A DNA stretch of 41,283 nucleotides from positions 1 through 41,283 of IMG/VR virus record IMGVR_UViG_3300009069_000042; one strand, 5' to 3'. Source of the DNA: a virus. Its lineage: Duplodnaviria > Caudoviricetes. A program made the position numbers and the translations under genes. Under the pieces are notes generated by a model, which searched no databases, was not told where the DNA came from, and saw only the letters and a program-made list of their open reading frames with translations. Position 1 is the first letter of the stretch; every line of letters starts with the position of its first letter. Positions 1-8,529 of this stretch are shown piece after piece.

Positions 1-250
1 CGAACCGTTCTCCCTCTGTTGACGTGTCGATTTCGGGTGGCGCTTCCTTAATCAGCCTGACGCGCCGATCGTAGAAGGCCTTGACGGCAGGCCAGTACCT
101 TCCGCCATAGACGGGATCGATTCTCGGCAATCCGTGGCGTTCTTCAAGCCTCGCGATCTCCGGCCACTTGCCGGCGCGTTCACCGAGCAGGATCTTTGCC
201 AACTCGGTCTCGCTCGGATAGAGGCATTTCGGCTCGCGCGGCATGGTCAT
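1..250 (-). CDS. Putative excisionase-like small DNA-binding protein (3' end runs off window)
   Basis: Hand-translated, not in ORF track: MTMPREPKCLYPSETELAKILLGERAGKWPEIARLEERHGLPRIDPVYGGRYWPAVKAFYDRR...; start overlaps upstream stop (TGATG); last visible gene of the left arm, where xis normally precedes int. Confidence 0.6.
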   Translation of the reverse strand, partial: MTMPREPKCLYPSETELAKILLGERAGKWPEIARLEERHGLPRIDPVYGGRYWPAVKAFYDRRVRLIKEAPPEIDTSTEGERF

Positions 251-489
251 CAATCCTCGATGACGCTCTTGCAGAGCCGGTGCTGGAGGTACGACACGCC
301 GGAGACGAGTTGATGGAGTTGGTCGCCGTCCTCACGCTCCCACATCGTGCCTACACTGCCGCCGGCATACACGACGACCACGGCAACGCTGCGCACTTCT
401 CCTTTGCGTGCACTTTCCGCGACTTCTTTCAGGAGCTCCGCGCACCGTTCTGCCGGCGCGCGATTCGGGATGAGAGTGACATCAGCCAT
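250..489 (-). CDS. Hypothetical protein (79 aa), paralog of 16473..16736
   Basis: Start MADVTLIP at 489 is coupled to the upstream stop; C-terminal part of track ORF 250..720. Confidence 0.75.
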   Translation of the reverse strand: MADVTLIPNRAPAERCAELLKEVAESARKGEVRSVAVVVVYAGGSVGTMWEREDGDQLHQLVSGVSYLQHRLCKSVIED

Positions 490-1025
490 CACCCGTCTCC
501 CTTGATCTCGTCGAGCGCGGCGCGGGGGAAGATGCGATGGAACCGTGCCAGATCGGGGTCTTCTGATTGCGCTTCCCGTGCGACACTGTTCATGCGTGAC
601 GCTCGCCATGCCGCGTCTTTGCCTTCGATGTAGTAAAGACGCTCGATCAGCGTCAACGCATCTCTCGCCCTCTCCAGTTTCGCCTCGAAGATCTGCGCCG
701 TTTTCAAAATTCGGTCGCATATCTTGAGCGTATCCTTGTGTTTGGCTTCAGCTATGCCGCTCTGCGCGGCAATCACCGCCTCGGCGGCTTCGGCGCGGGC
801 GTGCAGGGCATCGCGTTCGGCGGCGAGTTCGCGGATGGCGGCCCCAAATAGCGGATAGCCCATCTCGTCGGCCTGCACTGCCAGCTTCTCAGCGTTCTCA
901 GTCGGCGGCCCTGCCGGCGATGTCGCAATGACTTCCTCGTAGGGTATGTGCTCTCCGTCCATCATGAAGCCAGTGCCATGGTGCATGGCGTCTCGGATTG
1001 CCTTTTTCATCTCGTCGTCGCTCAT
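489..1025 (-). CDS. Hypothetical early phage protein with coiled coil
   Basis: 178-aa ORF translationally coupled to both neighbours. Confidence 0.75.
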   Translation of the reverse strand: MSDDEMKKAIRDAMHHGTGFMMDGEHIPYEEVIATSPAGPPTENAEKLAVQADEMGYPLFGAAIRELAAERDALHARAEAAEAVIAAQSGIAEAKHKDTLKICDRILKTAQIFEAKLERARDALTLIERLYYIEGKDAAWRASRMNSVAREAQSEDPDLARFHRIFPRAALDEIKGDG

Positions 1026-1738
1026 GCCCCGCCCTCCTTCGGCATCGCATCAATGTTGCAGTGGTGGACGGTGAAGGTGAAAGCCGCGACCCAATCGTTG
1101 CGATCCCATGCGCCGGGCCCGTGGAGGCTGTTCCAGAGGGTGCGGAAGCTGCCAATCGAGGAAAGCCATTGTCCGGGTTCTGCGCCGTCGCCATACCAGC
1201 GGTAGCCCGACACATACGGATCGATCCCGTCATACGGCTCAACACCCTCCGCGATCGCATCCGCCTCGCTGATATCCTGCACCCGCTCGATCCGCACGTC
1301 TGTGACGATCAGCGTGATGCGGGAAGCCCATCGGGGCATGAACATTGGCGGGCGGAGGCGGCCGGCCCGGATCATCGAGCACGCCGGCTCGATCAGCCAA
1401 TTGTTCGCCGGGTATCCGCGCGGCTCATGTTGCGACAGTTTCGATGCGGGCAAGTGATCCATCTGCGCATCAAAGACGTGATGCTCTTTGACCCAAAGCC
1501 GATCTCCGGGGGCGTAGGGCGTCTTGATATTCGCACCGACGCCCATTCCACCGATCAGCTGCCAGTGTCGCGAACCTGCGCGCTCAGCTCGCCATCCGGA
1601 AAATGCGGCGTTGGCACCGTCCTCCCAGGTGATTTTGGGCAGGCGCCGCGTCTGCGTCTTGCCCGTGCCGGGCGCCTCAATCTCTCCCAGGAGCGCGCGG
1701 ATCATCGGGGCGGTGAAGGGTATCGGGAGATCACTCAT
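1022..1738 (-). CDS. ASCH/PUA-like conserved phage protein
   Basis: Motifs PIPFTAPMIRALL..GKTQTRR, PYAPGDRLWVKE, PPMFMPRWASRITL.VTDVRIERVQDISEADAIAEG, LWNSLHG..AWDRNDWV. Confidence 0.8.
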   Translation of the reverse strand: MSDLPIPFTAPMIRALLGEIEAPGTGKTQTRRLPKITWEDGANAAFSGWRAERAGSRHWQLIGGMGVGANIKTPYAPGDRLWVKEHHVFDAQMDHLPASKLSQHEPRGYPANNWLIEPACSMIRAGRLRPPMFMPRWASRITLIVTDVRIERVQDISEADAIAEGVEPYDGIDPYVSGYRWYGDGAEPGQWLSSIGSFRTLWNSLHGPGAWDRNDWVAAFTFTVHHCNIDAMPKEGGA

Positions 1739-2832
1739 CTCTTATCCGCCTGTTCTGCCGTGGATTTGCAGCGGTCGTGCTCGCCGCTCTCGGTGAGTCT
1801 CAGCCGTTGCTCTTTGGTGATCCCCTCGAAGAATGTCCGGTACTCGGTCATGCCGCCCATGGCCGCGCTGCGGGCGCGGTCGATCAGGTCGTCAACCGGA
1901 TCGGCGGGCCGGTCTCCGGGAAAATCGTCGCCCGCGTCATCCGGGAGGGGAGCCTGTGACGCGGGCGACGAGGTGCCGGCTCGGGAGGATTGAGCCGGAT
2001 CCGTACCGCCGCGCGCCCATCGGGCCAGTGCGCGGCCTGTATCCTCGGAGAGCGGGCGGTCGAGCGGGACTGCCGCGCGGTGCTGCTCCTGGAGCTTGAT
2101 CGGGATCGGAAAGCCGGGGCGCTCGGGGGAGAGCACGAACGAAACCGTCATCTCGTAGGGCAGCCGCTTCTCGCAGATCGGCGACCAGCGCTCCGCCGGC
2201 GGGAGATCCTTCGCCTGGGTGATGACCGTGCGCTCGCGACCGCGATCGTCCCTCACCTTCTCCATGCGCATCTTCTCGTCGGCGCGCAGGCAGAGCACGA
2301 CGTGGCAGCGGACCTGCAGGAGCTTCGAAACGAACCGCTTATGCGCGCCCTTCGGCCCCTTCCATGCACCGACGCTGAGCCGGTCGGCGGTCTTCACCGG
2401 GTCGAATTCCCAGTTGCCGCGGTGGTTCTTGCGGGCCTGCTCGACCTGCTCCTCGAGGATCGCGGCGTGCATGTCCTGTACACCGCCCTCGCCTTCCCAG
2501 AGATGCGAGGCACTGTCGATGACGACGACCTCGAACCCGGCGGCGTCGGCCTTCTGGATCGCCTCGGTGTAATGCTCCGGGCTGAACGGCGGGCGCATAT
2601 CGGCGTGCTGGAAGGCGAACTTGAATTCGCCGGGGGATTCGCCGGGTGCAACGGCATAGTGCAGGGCCCGCTTGGCCTCGGTGTCGATGAAGGCGACGCG
2701 GCTGTCATCGCCGTCGGCAAGGCCGCGTGCGACCTTGAGGGCGCTCAGCGTCTTCCCGGACCCGGACACGCCGGCGATCGATATCAGCAGCGAGACGCGC
2801 TCGCGGATGGCGGGGGCGAAGGTGAAGGTCAT
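1735..2832 (-). CDS. AAA-family P-loop ATPase, probable Sak4-like recombination/annealing protein
   Basis: Walker A GVSGSGKT, FIDTE, Walker B VVVIDSASHLW; near an exonuclease gene. Confidence 0.85.
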   Translation of the reverse strand: MTFTFAPAIRERVSLLISIAGVSGSGKTLSALKVARGLADGDDSRVAFIDTEAKRALHYAVAPGESPGEFKFAFQHADMRPPFSPEHYTEAIQKADAAGFEVVVIDSASHLWEGEGGVQDMHAAILEEQVEQARKNHRGNWEFDPVKTADRLSVGAWKGPKGAHKRFVSKLLQVRCHVVLCLRADEKMRMEKVRDDRGRERTVITQAKDLPPAERWSPICEKRLPYEMTVSFVLSPERPGFPIPIKLQEQHRAAVPLDRPLSEDTGRALARWARGGTDPAQSSRAGTSSPASQAPLPDDAGDDFPGDRPADPVDDLIDRARSAAMGGMTEYRTFFEGITKEQRLRLTESGEHDRCKSTAEQADKR

Positions 2833-3728
2833 AGGTCGCTGCCTTTCTCGTGCGCCTTCAAGGCATCATCGACGAGTTGGCGATCTTCGATCGTTTCGAG
2901 GATCGCGCCGTAGTTCCATCGGATGTCGCGGAAGATTCGACCGTCGCCGTCCCACTCGGCGATATGCGGAGCGACGTCGGCGACGATCTGCTTGTCGATA
3001 TCGTCATTGATTTTGAAGCGATTGATCGCAGATGCCACGCGGTACGGGCCTTCGCTCCAGTCGCCCCGCGTGTCCATCATGGCAAGGGCAAGGTCGAGGC
3101 GTTGGTTGCGCTTCCGCAGGGCATCGAGGACGTCGGACCATTCAACGTCGGGGTCAAGCTCGTACCGAATGACGATCGTAGCGAGTTCAATGTTTGCGCG
3201 GCGCTCAGCTTTGCGTTGTTCCTCCGCCCTTGCCGCTGCGGTGGCAGCCAACTCCGCCTCTTTCTCGGCCTCTGCGGCGTAGGCGTCGTATCGCTCTTTC
3301 AGCGTGGCGTATTTGCGCTGAGAGCTTTCGAACCCGTCGCTGATCTTCACCTCGCGCTGCATATCTTTCAGCCACCCGGCGTCTTCCGTCACTCTCTTCG
3401 GATAGCGGGCACGGCTGTTCTGAGGGACATACGAGTGCTTCCGAGGCATTCCGATTTCGGCCATCATGGCTTCGATGCGCGCGCGCACGAGCTTGTTGTT
3501 CTCGATCGCGGCGATATTTCTTTCGTGTGCCTCGCAATCACGCTTCCATGCTTCTTCCAGCTGCTGCAGGGCGTATTGGGCAATCCGCTTCTTTGACGGA
3601 GCGGCATAGGAGTAGGACGGGCGGGCCGCGTGTGCGTAGCCATCAGGGTTTGCCTGGCAGTGCATCACGGAGCCGCAACCCTCTAGCGGCATGATTGCTC
3701 GAGTTTCTGCCTCGGGTTCAGCCTTCAT
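2829..3728 (-). CDS. Hypothetical helical phage protein (~299 aa)
   Basis: Start MKAEPE at 3728 overlaps the exonuclease stop (ATGA); stop overlaps the ATPase start. Confidence 0.75.
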   Translation of the reverse strand: MKAEPEAETRAIMPLEGCGSVMHCQANPDGYAHAARPSYSYAAPSKKRIAQYALQQLEEAWKRDCEAHERNIAAIENNKLVRARIEAMMAEIGMPRKHSYVPQNSRARYPKRVTEDAGWLKDMQREVKISDGFESSQRKYATLKERYDAYAAEAEKEAELAATAAARAEEQRKAERRANIELATIVIRYELDPDVEWSDVLDALRKRNQRLDLALAMMDTRGDWSEGPYRVASAINRFKINDDIDKQIVADVAPHIAEWDGDGRIFRDIRWNYGAILETIEDRQLVDDALKAHEKGSDL

Positions 3729-4705
3729 GGTGCAATCTCCGTCATCATCTCGACCGGGCGCACGATCGGGGCGGTGCTGCCGTAGCTGATCCCGGCCAGC
3801 ATCGGATCGTTGGTCTCGCGGGCCTCCCATGCGTTGGCAGCGAAGGCCGGGTATTCCGCCGTGATCACCGCCGTAGGGTAGCCAGGCCATTCGTTGAGAT
3901 GGACGCCGCGCCGGAACATCTCGATCGCGGCCTGAACCTTGCGGCGCCCGATCTCCATGCCCACGGCGTCGAGCTCCGCCGGCATGATCAGGTGCGGCGG
4001 CTCGTTCTCGACGAACAGCCAGCGGAATCGCACGCGTCCTGCCAGGTCGGGCCGCAGGAGGGTGACGGCGCGCTCATACAGCGCGGCCTGAACCTCCATC
4101 TGCATGCCGAACATGCGCCTCCCGAGACCGCTCGGGGCCGCGCTGACCTCGCCGGTCTTCACATCCCAGATCGTCGCGCCGGCGGCGTGCTCCTCGAACC
4201 GGTCGATCAGCGCGCGCAGATAGATCCCGCTCGGATCCTGCGCGATCGCGACGAGCTCGGAGGGGTGATCGGCGCCCTCGCGGAAAGCCTCGCATCCCTC
4301 GACCGTCGCGGCCTGTTTCTGCACGGCCTTCGCCATCGCCTCGGCCGTCTCGTAATCGCTGCGCAGGATCGGCGATGCACCGGCGGCGTAGGCTGCGGCG
4401 CGCGCTGCCTGAGCGGCCTTGCCCTTGTAGTCGCTGCCCTCGATGACGCGGACCAGCTTGCCGCGACCGAGGATCAGCCGGTGCGCCGCCGATCCGATCT
4501 CCTTCGGGCGCGTCGGTTTCGCCTCCTCCGTCTCGGCATCTTCCGGCGGCAGGTTGAGGCGCGGGTGCTGATGCCAGGCATGAAGCGGGCTCTGATCGAT
4601 GATGACCTTCGCCATCGACGAGGACAGCGACGGCTCCGGCGCCGGATCCTTGTGATAGACGCTGTCGGGGATGTCGGCGTGGAAGCCGGGGGCGAGCGTG
4701 GTCAT
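3725..4705 (-). CDS. PD-(D/E)XK exonuclease, RecE/exonuclease VIII-like (DUF3799-like)
   Basis: YHKDP..LSSS, IGSAAHRLIL, LRALIDRF, WDVKT, QAALY, FRWLFVE, WPGY motifs. Confidence 0.85.
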   Translation of the reverse strand: MTTLAPGFHADIPDSVYHKDPAPEPSLSSSMAKVIIDQSPLHAWHQHPRLNLPPEDAETEEAKPTRPKEIGSAAHRLILGRGKLVRVIEGSDYKGKAAQAARAAAYAAGASPILRSDYETAEAMAKAVQKQAATVEGCEAFREGADHPSELVAIAQDPSGIYLRALIDRFEEHAAGATIWDVKTGEVSAAPSGLGRRMFGMQMEVQAALYERAVTLLRPDLAGRVRFRWLFVENEPPHLIMPAELDAVGMEIGRRKVQAAIEMFRRGVHLNEWPGYPTAVITAEYPAFAANAWEARETNDPMLAGISYGSTAPIVRPVEMMTEIAP

Positions 4706-4938
4706 GATGATTCATCCTGCTTGAAGTAGACGCCGATGACGTTGTGCTGGCAGTGTTCAGAAAGCAGATGATCGCCCTTCCAGACGCGCACGTATGGGAT
4801 ATCTACGTACTGGCCCGGCTTCGTGCAGAGTTCGATCCGCGTGACGTCCTGATAGCCGACGCGGTAATATTCGCCGCCACCCTCCAACTCGGAGACGTTC
4901 ACCGCATCGATTTCTGGATATTTAATGGGGTCGCTCAT
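4702..4938 (-). CDS. Hypothetical protein (78 aa)
   Basis: ORF coupled to the exonuclease start; GAGG Shine-Dalgarno-like site upstream. Confidence 0.7.
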   Translation of the reverse strand: MSDPIKYPEIDAVNVSELEGGGEYYRVGYQDVTRIELCTKPGQYVDIPYVRVWKGDHLLSEHCQHNVIGVYFKQDESS

Positions 4939-4941
4939 GCC

Positions 4942-5142
4942 TCAATCCTTCCCGGTCTGGATGGTCTTCAACGTGGCGGCGATCGCCTTCATCGCCTCGA
5001 TCTCGTCGCGCGCCGTCTCCGGTCGCATCCGCCCGCGCTCGACGAGGCGGGGGTAGACGCGTTCGCGCTGGCGCACCTCCCGCTCGGCGGCGGCGATCTG
5101 CCGGTGCAGCGGCACGGCGCGGTGGTCGAACAGATCCGACAT
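4942..5142 (-). CDS. Conserved hypothetical phage protein (66 aa)
   Basis: MSDLFDH..QIAAAEREVRQRERVYPRLVERGRM..; GAGGG upstream. Confidence 0.75.
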   Translation of the reverse strand: MSDLFDHRAVPLHRQIAAAEREVRQRERVYPRLVERGRMRPETARDEIEAMKAIAATLKTIQTGKD

Positions 5143-5149
5143 GGCGCCC

Positions 5150-6223
5150 TCAGAAGCGGATGCGGACGTGCGGGACGGCTTCGGCGACGATTGCCAGAAC
5201 GATCTTCTTCGCTGCCGGCTCGTCCACATCGGCGTGCGCCATGATGGCCTTCTTCGCCTCGCCCATGATCTTGCCGCGATGCTCCTGATCGGCGCGCCGG
5301 CGTTCTTCCTCTGCACGCTCGGCCTCCTCGCGGCGCCTCTGCTCCGCGATTTCTTTCTCTGCGGCCTCTGCGCGCCGGCGCTCCTCGGCGAGGCTTTCCT
5401 CATGCTGCCGGCGCTCGGCCTCGGCTGCCTCCTGAGCCTTGCGCCGCTCTTCTTCTGCGGCACGATCAGCGGCTTCCTGAGCAGCCTTCGCGGCGCGCTG
5501 CTTTTCCTGTTCGGCCCGCTGACGCTCGGCCTCCTCGCGGCGGCGCGCTTCCTCAGCCTCACGCTCCCTGCGTTCCGCCTCCTCGCGTTCGGCGCGCAGC
5601 CGTGCCAGCTCGGCGCGGTCGGCCTCCTCCTGGGCGATCCTCTTGCGCGCCTCGGTCAACACCTGAATCACGCGATCACGCTTCTCAATGAGGTCGTCGG
5701 CCTGCATCCCGAAGAGCTCGGGCGTGATCTCGATCGCATCGACACGCTTGCGCATCGCATCGACATCGGCGGTTGAGGCGCCGGCGGGAACGATGGACTG
5801 CCGGTCGATCTCCGCAGCGGCGTCGTTGATGCGCTGCTGCTTTGCCTCTTGCTCTGCCTCCCAGTCGTCGAGCGGCTTGCGAGCCCGATCGCGCAGCTCG
5901 TCCAGCGCATTGCGAACCTTACGACGAACCGCATCGACGGCGTTGATCGCCTTGCGATGCTCCTCGTTCATCTGCTTGCCGGATTCGTCGATCGCGCTCT
6001 TCCGGCGGGCGATCTGCGCCGCGCGGCTGGCGATCTCCTTGCGGCCTTTCGTTGTCGTCAGGTCGATCTTGGCAGCGTCGATCTGCGCCTTGATCTCAGC
6101 GATGACGGAATCAACCGCCTGCTCGTCGCGGAAGACGATGCCGGGATCGCTCTCGATCATTTCGAGATAGGAGGTGGAGTTGTGGCCGATGCCGGCCTCG
6201 GCGGTCTGGGGGGCGGTGTTCAT
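5150..6223 (-). CDS. Coiled-coil early phage protein (E/R/A-rich)
   Basis: 357 aa; DLTTTKGRKEIASRA motif, C-terminal AKKIVLAIV..VPHVRIRF; GAGGA Shine-Dalgarno site. Confidence 0.85.
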   Translation of the reverse strand: MNTAPQTAEAGIGHNSTSYLEMIESDPGIVFRDEQAVDSVIAEIKAQIDAAKIDLTTTKGRKEIASRAAQIARRKSAIDESGKQMNEEHRKAINAVDAVRRKVRNALDELRDRARKPLDDWEAEQEAKQQRINDAAAEIDRQSIVPAGASTADVDAMRKRVDAIEITPELFGMQADDLIEKRDRVIQVLTEARKRIAQEEADRAELARLRAEREEAERREREAEEARRREEAERQRAEQEKQRAAKAAQEAADRAAEEERRKAQEAAEAERRQHEESLAEERRRAEAAEKEIAEQRRREEAERAEEERRRADQEHRGKIMGEAKKAIMAHADVDEPAAKKIVLAIVAEAVPHVRIRF

Positions 6224-6246
6224 GTCAGTCCTCGTTGATTACCGGA

Positions 6247-6675
6247 TCAGACCGGCGGGTTGCTGGCGAGTGAAAGGATGGCCGTGCCGCCGATGCCGAC
6301 GGCGAACAGGGTGATCGTCGCGCAGATGTCGCCGATGCCGGATGCCATCGCGATCGCGCGCCGGGCGAGCAACGCGGCGGCCATGGCCTCGTGGAGATCG
6401 GAGACCTGCGACGGGCGGATGCCCCGGGCGATCAGCGCCTCGATGCAGACGGCATCGTCTTCGAGGTCGTGGCTGTGATCGAGCAGCACGCGGGCGACGC
6501 GATCGATCGGCAGCGTGACGGGCGCGGGCGCGGGCGCGTTTTGCCCATCCAAGCGCCCACCATGCGGACTTCCGGCTTCGGCGGCATTGCAGCGCGCAAC
6601 GGCTTGCGGAGAGTAATCATCAATGCCGATGGCAAGGTGCAGTGCGTGGCCGTGCTGAATAAATTCGGGCTTCAT
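6247..6675 (-). CDS. Hypothetical protein with C-terminal hydrophobic segment
   Basis: 142-aa ORF coupled to the upstream stop. Confidence 0.6.
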   Translation of the reverse strand: MKPEFIQHGHALHLAIGIDDYSPQAVARCNAAEAGSPHGGRLDGQNAPAPAPVTLPIDRVARVLLDHSHDLEDDAVCIEALIARGIRPSQVSDLHEAMAAALLARRAIAMASGIGDICATITLFAVGIGGTAILSLASNPPV

Positions 6676-6923
6676 GATGCATCCCCCTTGCGGGCTTTGA
6701 GCATGGCGTCGGCGTATTGATATGCCTCATCTGCCCACATTCTTGGCGAAACGCCGCTCATTTCGCTGTTGCCCGTGTATCCTGCGACCAATCCCTGCAA
6801 AGCCTGCCCTGCGAACCAGTCTCGCAGAGACATCCCAGGATCATATGTCTGGTTCCACTGGCCTTGCGGGTCCCTACCTTGCTCGCTCGGAAACGCCGGC
6901 CCGCCATCATCAACCTTGGTCAT
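6672..6923 (-). CDS. Conserved small phage protein (GGPAFP...GMSLRDWFAGQAL family)
   Basis: Start MTKVDD at 6923 with GGAGG upstream; recognisable motif plus AYQYADAMLKAR. Confidence 0.85.
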   Translation of the reverse strand: MTKVDDGGPAFPSEQGRDPQGQWNQTYDPGMSLRDWFAGQALQGLVAGYTGNSEMSGVSPRMWADEAYQYADAMLKARKGDAS

Positions 6924-6924
6924 G

Positions 6925-7302
6925 TCAGCCTCCCATCGCTCGCAGGTGGTCCATCTTGTCTTCGTGGTAGATCTCGCGCGCTTCCTCGTCGGTCGGCTCG
7001 CGGTCGGCTTCGATGTTGCGCTCAAGCAGAGCCTTGAGGCACTGGATGCCGTCATCGATGTAGAAGGCATCGCTGCCGCCGAGCACTTCGGTGCACCACT
7101 TGTGCGATGCGTGGTCGATCAGCGATTGAATGCGATCAATGCTTTCCGGCGTGTGGCAGACGCTATCGCCGCAGGCCAGATCAGCCGCCACTTTGTCGAG
7201 ATCGACAAGCAAGCGGATCATCTCGTGAAGCTGGCGCGATACGCGGCTATAGCTGCCAGACCATCGCACGGCGGGGAAATCTAGTTTTTGATCTTTGGAC
7301 AT
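6925..7302 (-). CDS. Hypothetical protein
   Basis: Start MSKDQK preceded by GGAGG; fits the operon. Confidence 0.7.
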   Translation of the reverse strand: MSKDQKLDFPAVRWSGSYSRVSRQLHEMIRLLVDLDKVAADLACGDSVCHTPESIDRIQSLIDHASHKWCTEVLGGSDAFYIDDGIQCLKALLERNIEADREPTDEEAREIYHEDKMDHLRAMGG

Positions 7303-7357
7303 GGAAACCTCCATCTCTGGCCCTCACTGCGACCCGGCTTGCGGGGCGCTGCGAAAG

Positions 7358-7984
7358 TCAGGCCGCCTTGATCAGCGCGAGGATGGTGTCGCGCTGACGC
7401 CTACGGGCGGCGGCATCGGCGGCGGCAGAGGCGGCGGCATCGGCGGCAGAGGCGGCATCGGCGGCGGCATCGACGGCATCGACGGCACGGGCGGCGGCAC
7501 GGGCGGCGGCACGGGCGGCGGCACGGGCGGCATCGGCGTCGGCATCGACGGCACGGGCGGCGGCACGGGCGCTTTCTTCCGGCCACTCCCCCCCAGCAGC
7601 GAGCAGGTCCATCCCCTCAATCACGGGGTCGATAACTGCCTGGATGTCATCGGAGACCTTTGGCAGAGCACGCAGTTCTGCCGCCAGGAACCCCCAATGC
7701 ACCCGTGTCAGGTCTTTCCCGTCGCGATCAACAGCATCCGGGATCGCGGCAAAAAACGCGCGCGCTTCATCCAGCGGCAGGTACTCGAAAATGCTTTCGC
7801 ACACCCTCACCAGCGGCAGCGGCAACCCAAACCGTTCGCCCAGCTTTTCCGCATCGCTCGAATGCGCAAGGCAGCCGATAAAGCAGCCCTTGCCTTCATT
7901 CCAATACTGGCCTTGCACAACGGCGTCGTTGGCGATGTGGGACGCGACTTCAGCGCGCAAAATTTCGGTGTTGATGGTCAGCAT
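7358..7984 (-). CDS. Hypothetical protein with GCFIGC motif and Ala-rich repeat tail
   Basis: Start MLTINT preceded by GGAGA; 208 aa. Confidence 0.75.
   Translation of the reverse strand: MLTINTEILRAEVASHIANDAVVQGQYWNEGKGCFIGCLAHSSDAEKLGERFGLPLPLVRVCESIFEYLPLDEARAFFAAIPDAVDRDGKDLTRVHWGFLAAELRALPKVSDDIQAVIDPVIEGMDLLAAGGEWPEESARAAARAVDADADAARAAARAAARAAARAVDAVDAAADAASAADAAASAAADAAARRRQRDTILALIKAA
7405..7571. repeat. In-frame GC-rich tandem repeats (9- and 12-bp units)
   Basis: CACGGGCGGCGG and GGCGGCATC/GGCGGCAGA units; ~32-bp duplication starting at 7474 and 7540; encodes AAAR/ADAA repeats. Confidence 0.9.
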
Positions 7985-8007
7985 GGTGTCTCTCCGTTTC
8001 GATGGGG

Positions 8008-8184
8008 TCAGGCGGCTTGCGGGCGGCGATCGATGATCTGGCGAGTCCAGCCGCGCGCCATGCGGACACACCGGGCGACGCTGTCGGCGCGGCCCTCGGC
8101 GCGGTGCACACGGGCTCGACGCATCGCGTAATCACGCAGGTTGCGGCAGTGGGTGACGTGCTGGTGGATATCGGCGGGCGTCAT
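8008..8184 (-). CDS. Small basic hypothetical protein (58 aa)
   Basis: Hand-translated MTPADIHQHVTHCRNLRDYAMRRARVHRAEG...; below the ORF track cutoff; GAGGGG upstream. Confidence 0.55.
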   Translation of the reverse strand: MTPADIHQHVTHCRNLRDYAMRRARVHRAEGRADSVARCVRMARGWTRQIIDRRPQAA

Positions 8185-8189
8185 GGCGC

Positions 8190-8348
8190 TTACCCCTCGC
8201 TTCCGTCGGGGCGGGTGAGGCGGAGGTTGCGGTAGCAGAGCCCGGCGCGCATGATCTGAAACACGCGGCGCGCTTCGGCCTCGCTGTCGAAGCGATCCGC
8301 CACGGTCTCACCGATGCGCTTTTTGCTCTCGAATTGGATTGTCCACAT
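8190..8348 (-). CDS. Small hypothetical protein (52 aa), first gene of the pL operon
   Basis: Hand-translated MWTIQFESKKRIGETVADRFDSEAEARRVFQIMRAG...; AGGGGAG Shine-Dalgarno site. Confidence 0.6.
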   Translation of the reverse strand: MWTIQFESKKRIGETVADRFDSEAEARRVFQIMRAGLCYRNLRLTRPDGSEG

Positions 8349-8408
8349 CGCGGCTCTCCCCTGTGGTGACGGGGAGAAGCGGCCTGCCCTCCCCGGTGCG
8401 ATGGGGAG

Positions 8409-8461
8409 AGAATTTGCGATTAACGCAAATATGTCAAGAGAGATGTTTGCGTTTTTTGCAA
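8409..8461 (-). promoter_or_regulatory. pL promoter with two repressor operators (OL)
   Basis: Minus strand TTGACA (8437-8432)-N16-AAATTCT; palindrome ATTTGCG-ATTAA-CGCAAAT 8412-8430; TTGCG-TTTTT-TGCAA 8447-8461. Confidence 0.85.
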
Positions 8462-8529
8462 ATTACTGTCACGAGCCATTCGAGGGTACAGTCCGAATGG
8501 CGCTATCAGCAACGTGACGATAACGCACC

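Noticed and set aside
1-60. att site or terminal repeat at the window ends
   Set aside because: The window starts inside a gene and ends at a stop codon; no matching repeat seen between the ends
998-4729. Long plus-strand ORFs (998..1993, 1990..2913, 2850..3596, 3695..4729)
   Set aside because: Antisense shadows of well-supported minus-strand genes, typical of high-GC DNA
5150-6223. TolA-like host envelope gene
   Set aside because: Resemblance is compositional (E/A/R coiled coil); no TM anchor, and it sits in the phage early operon
7405-7571. CRISPR-like array
   Set aside because: Short tandem coding repeats with no unique spacers and no cas genes
7295-8131. Gly-rich, Pro-rich and Cys/Arg-rich ORFs (7295..8131 +, 7372..7620 -, 7401..7586 -)
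   Set aside because: Alternative-frame readings of the GC-rich repeat inside the real minus-strand gene
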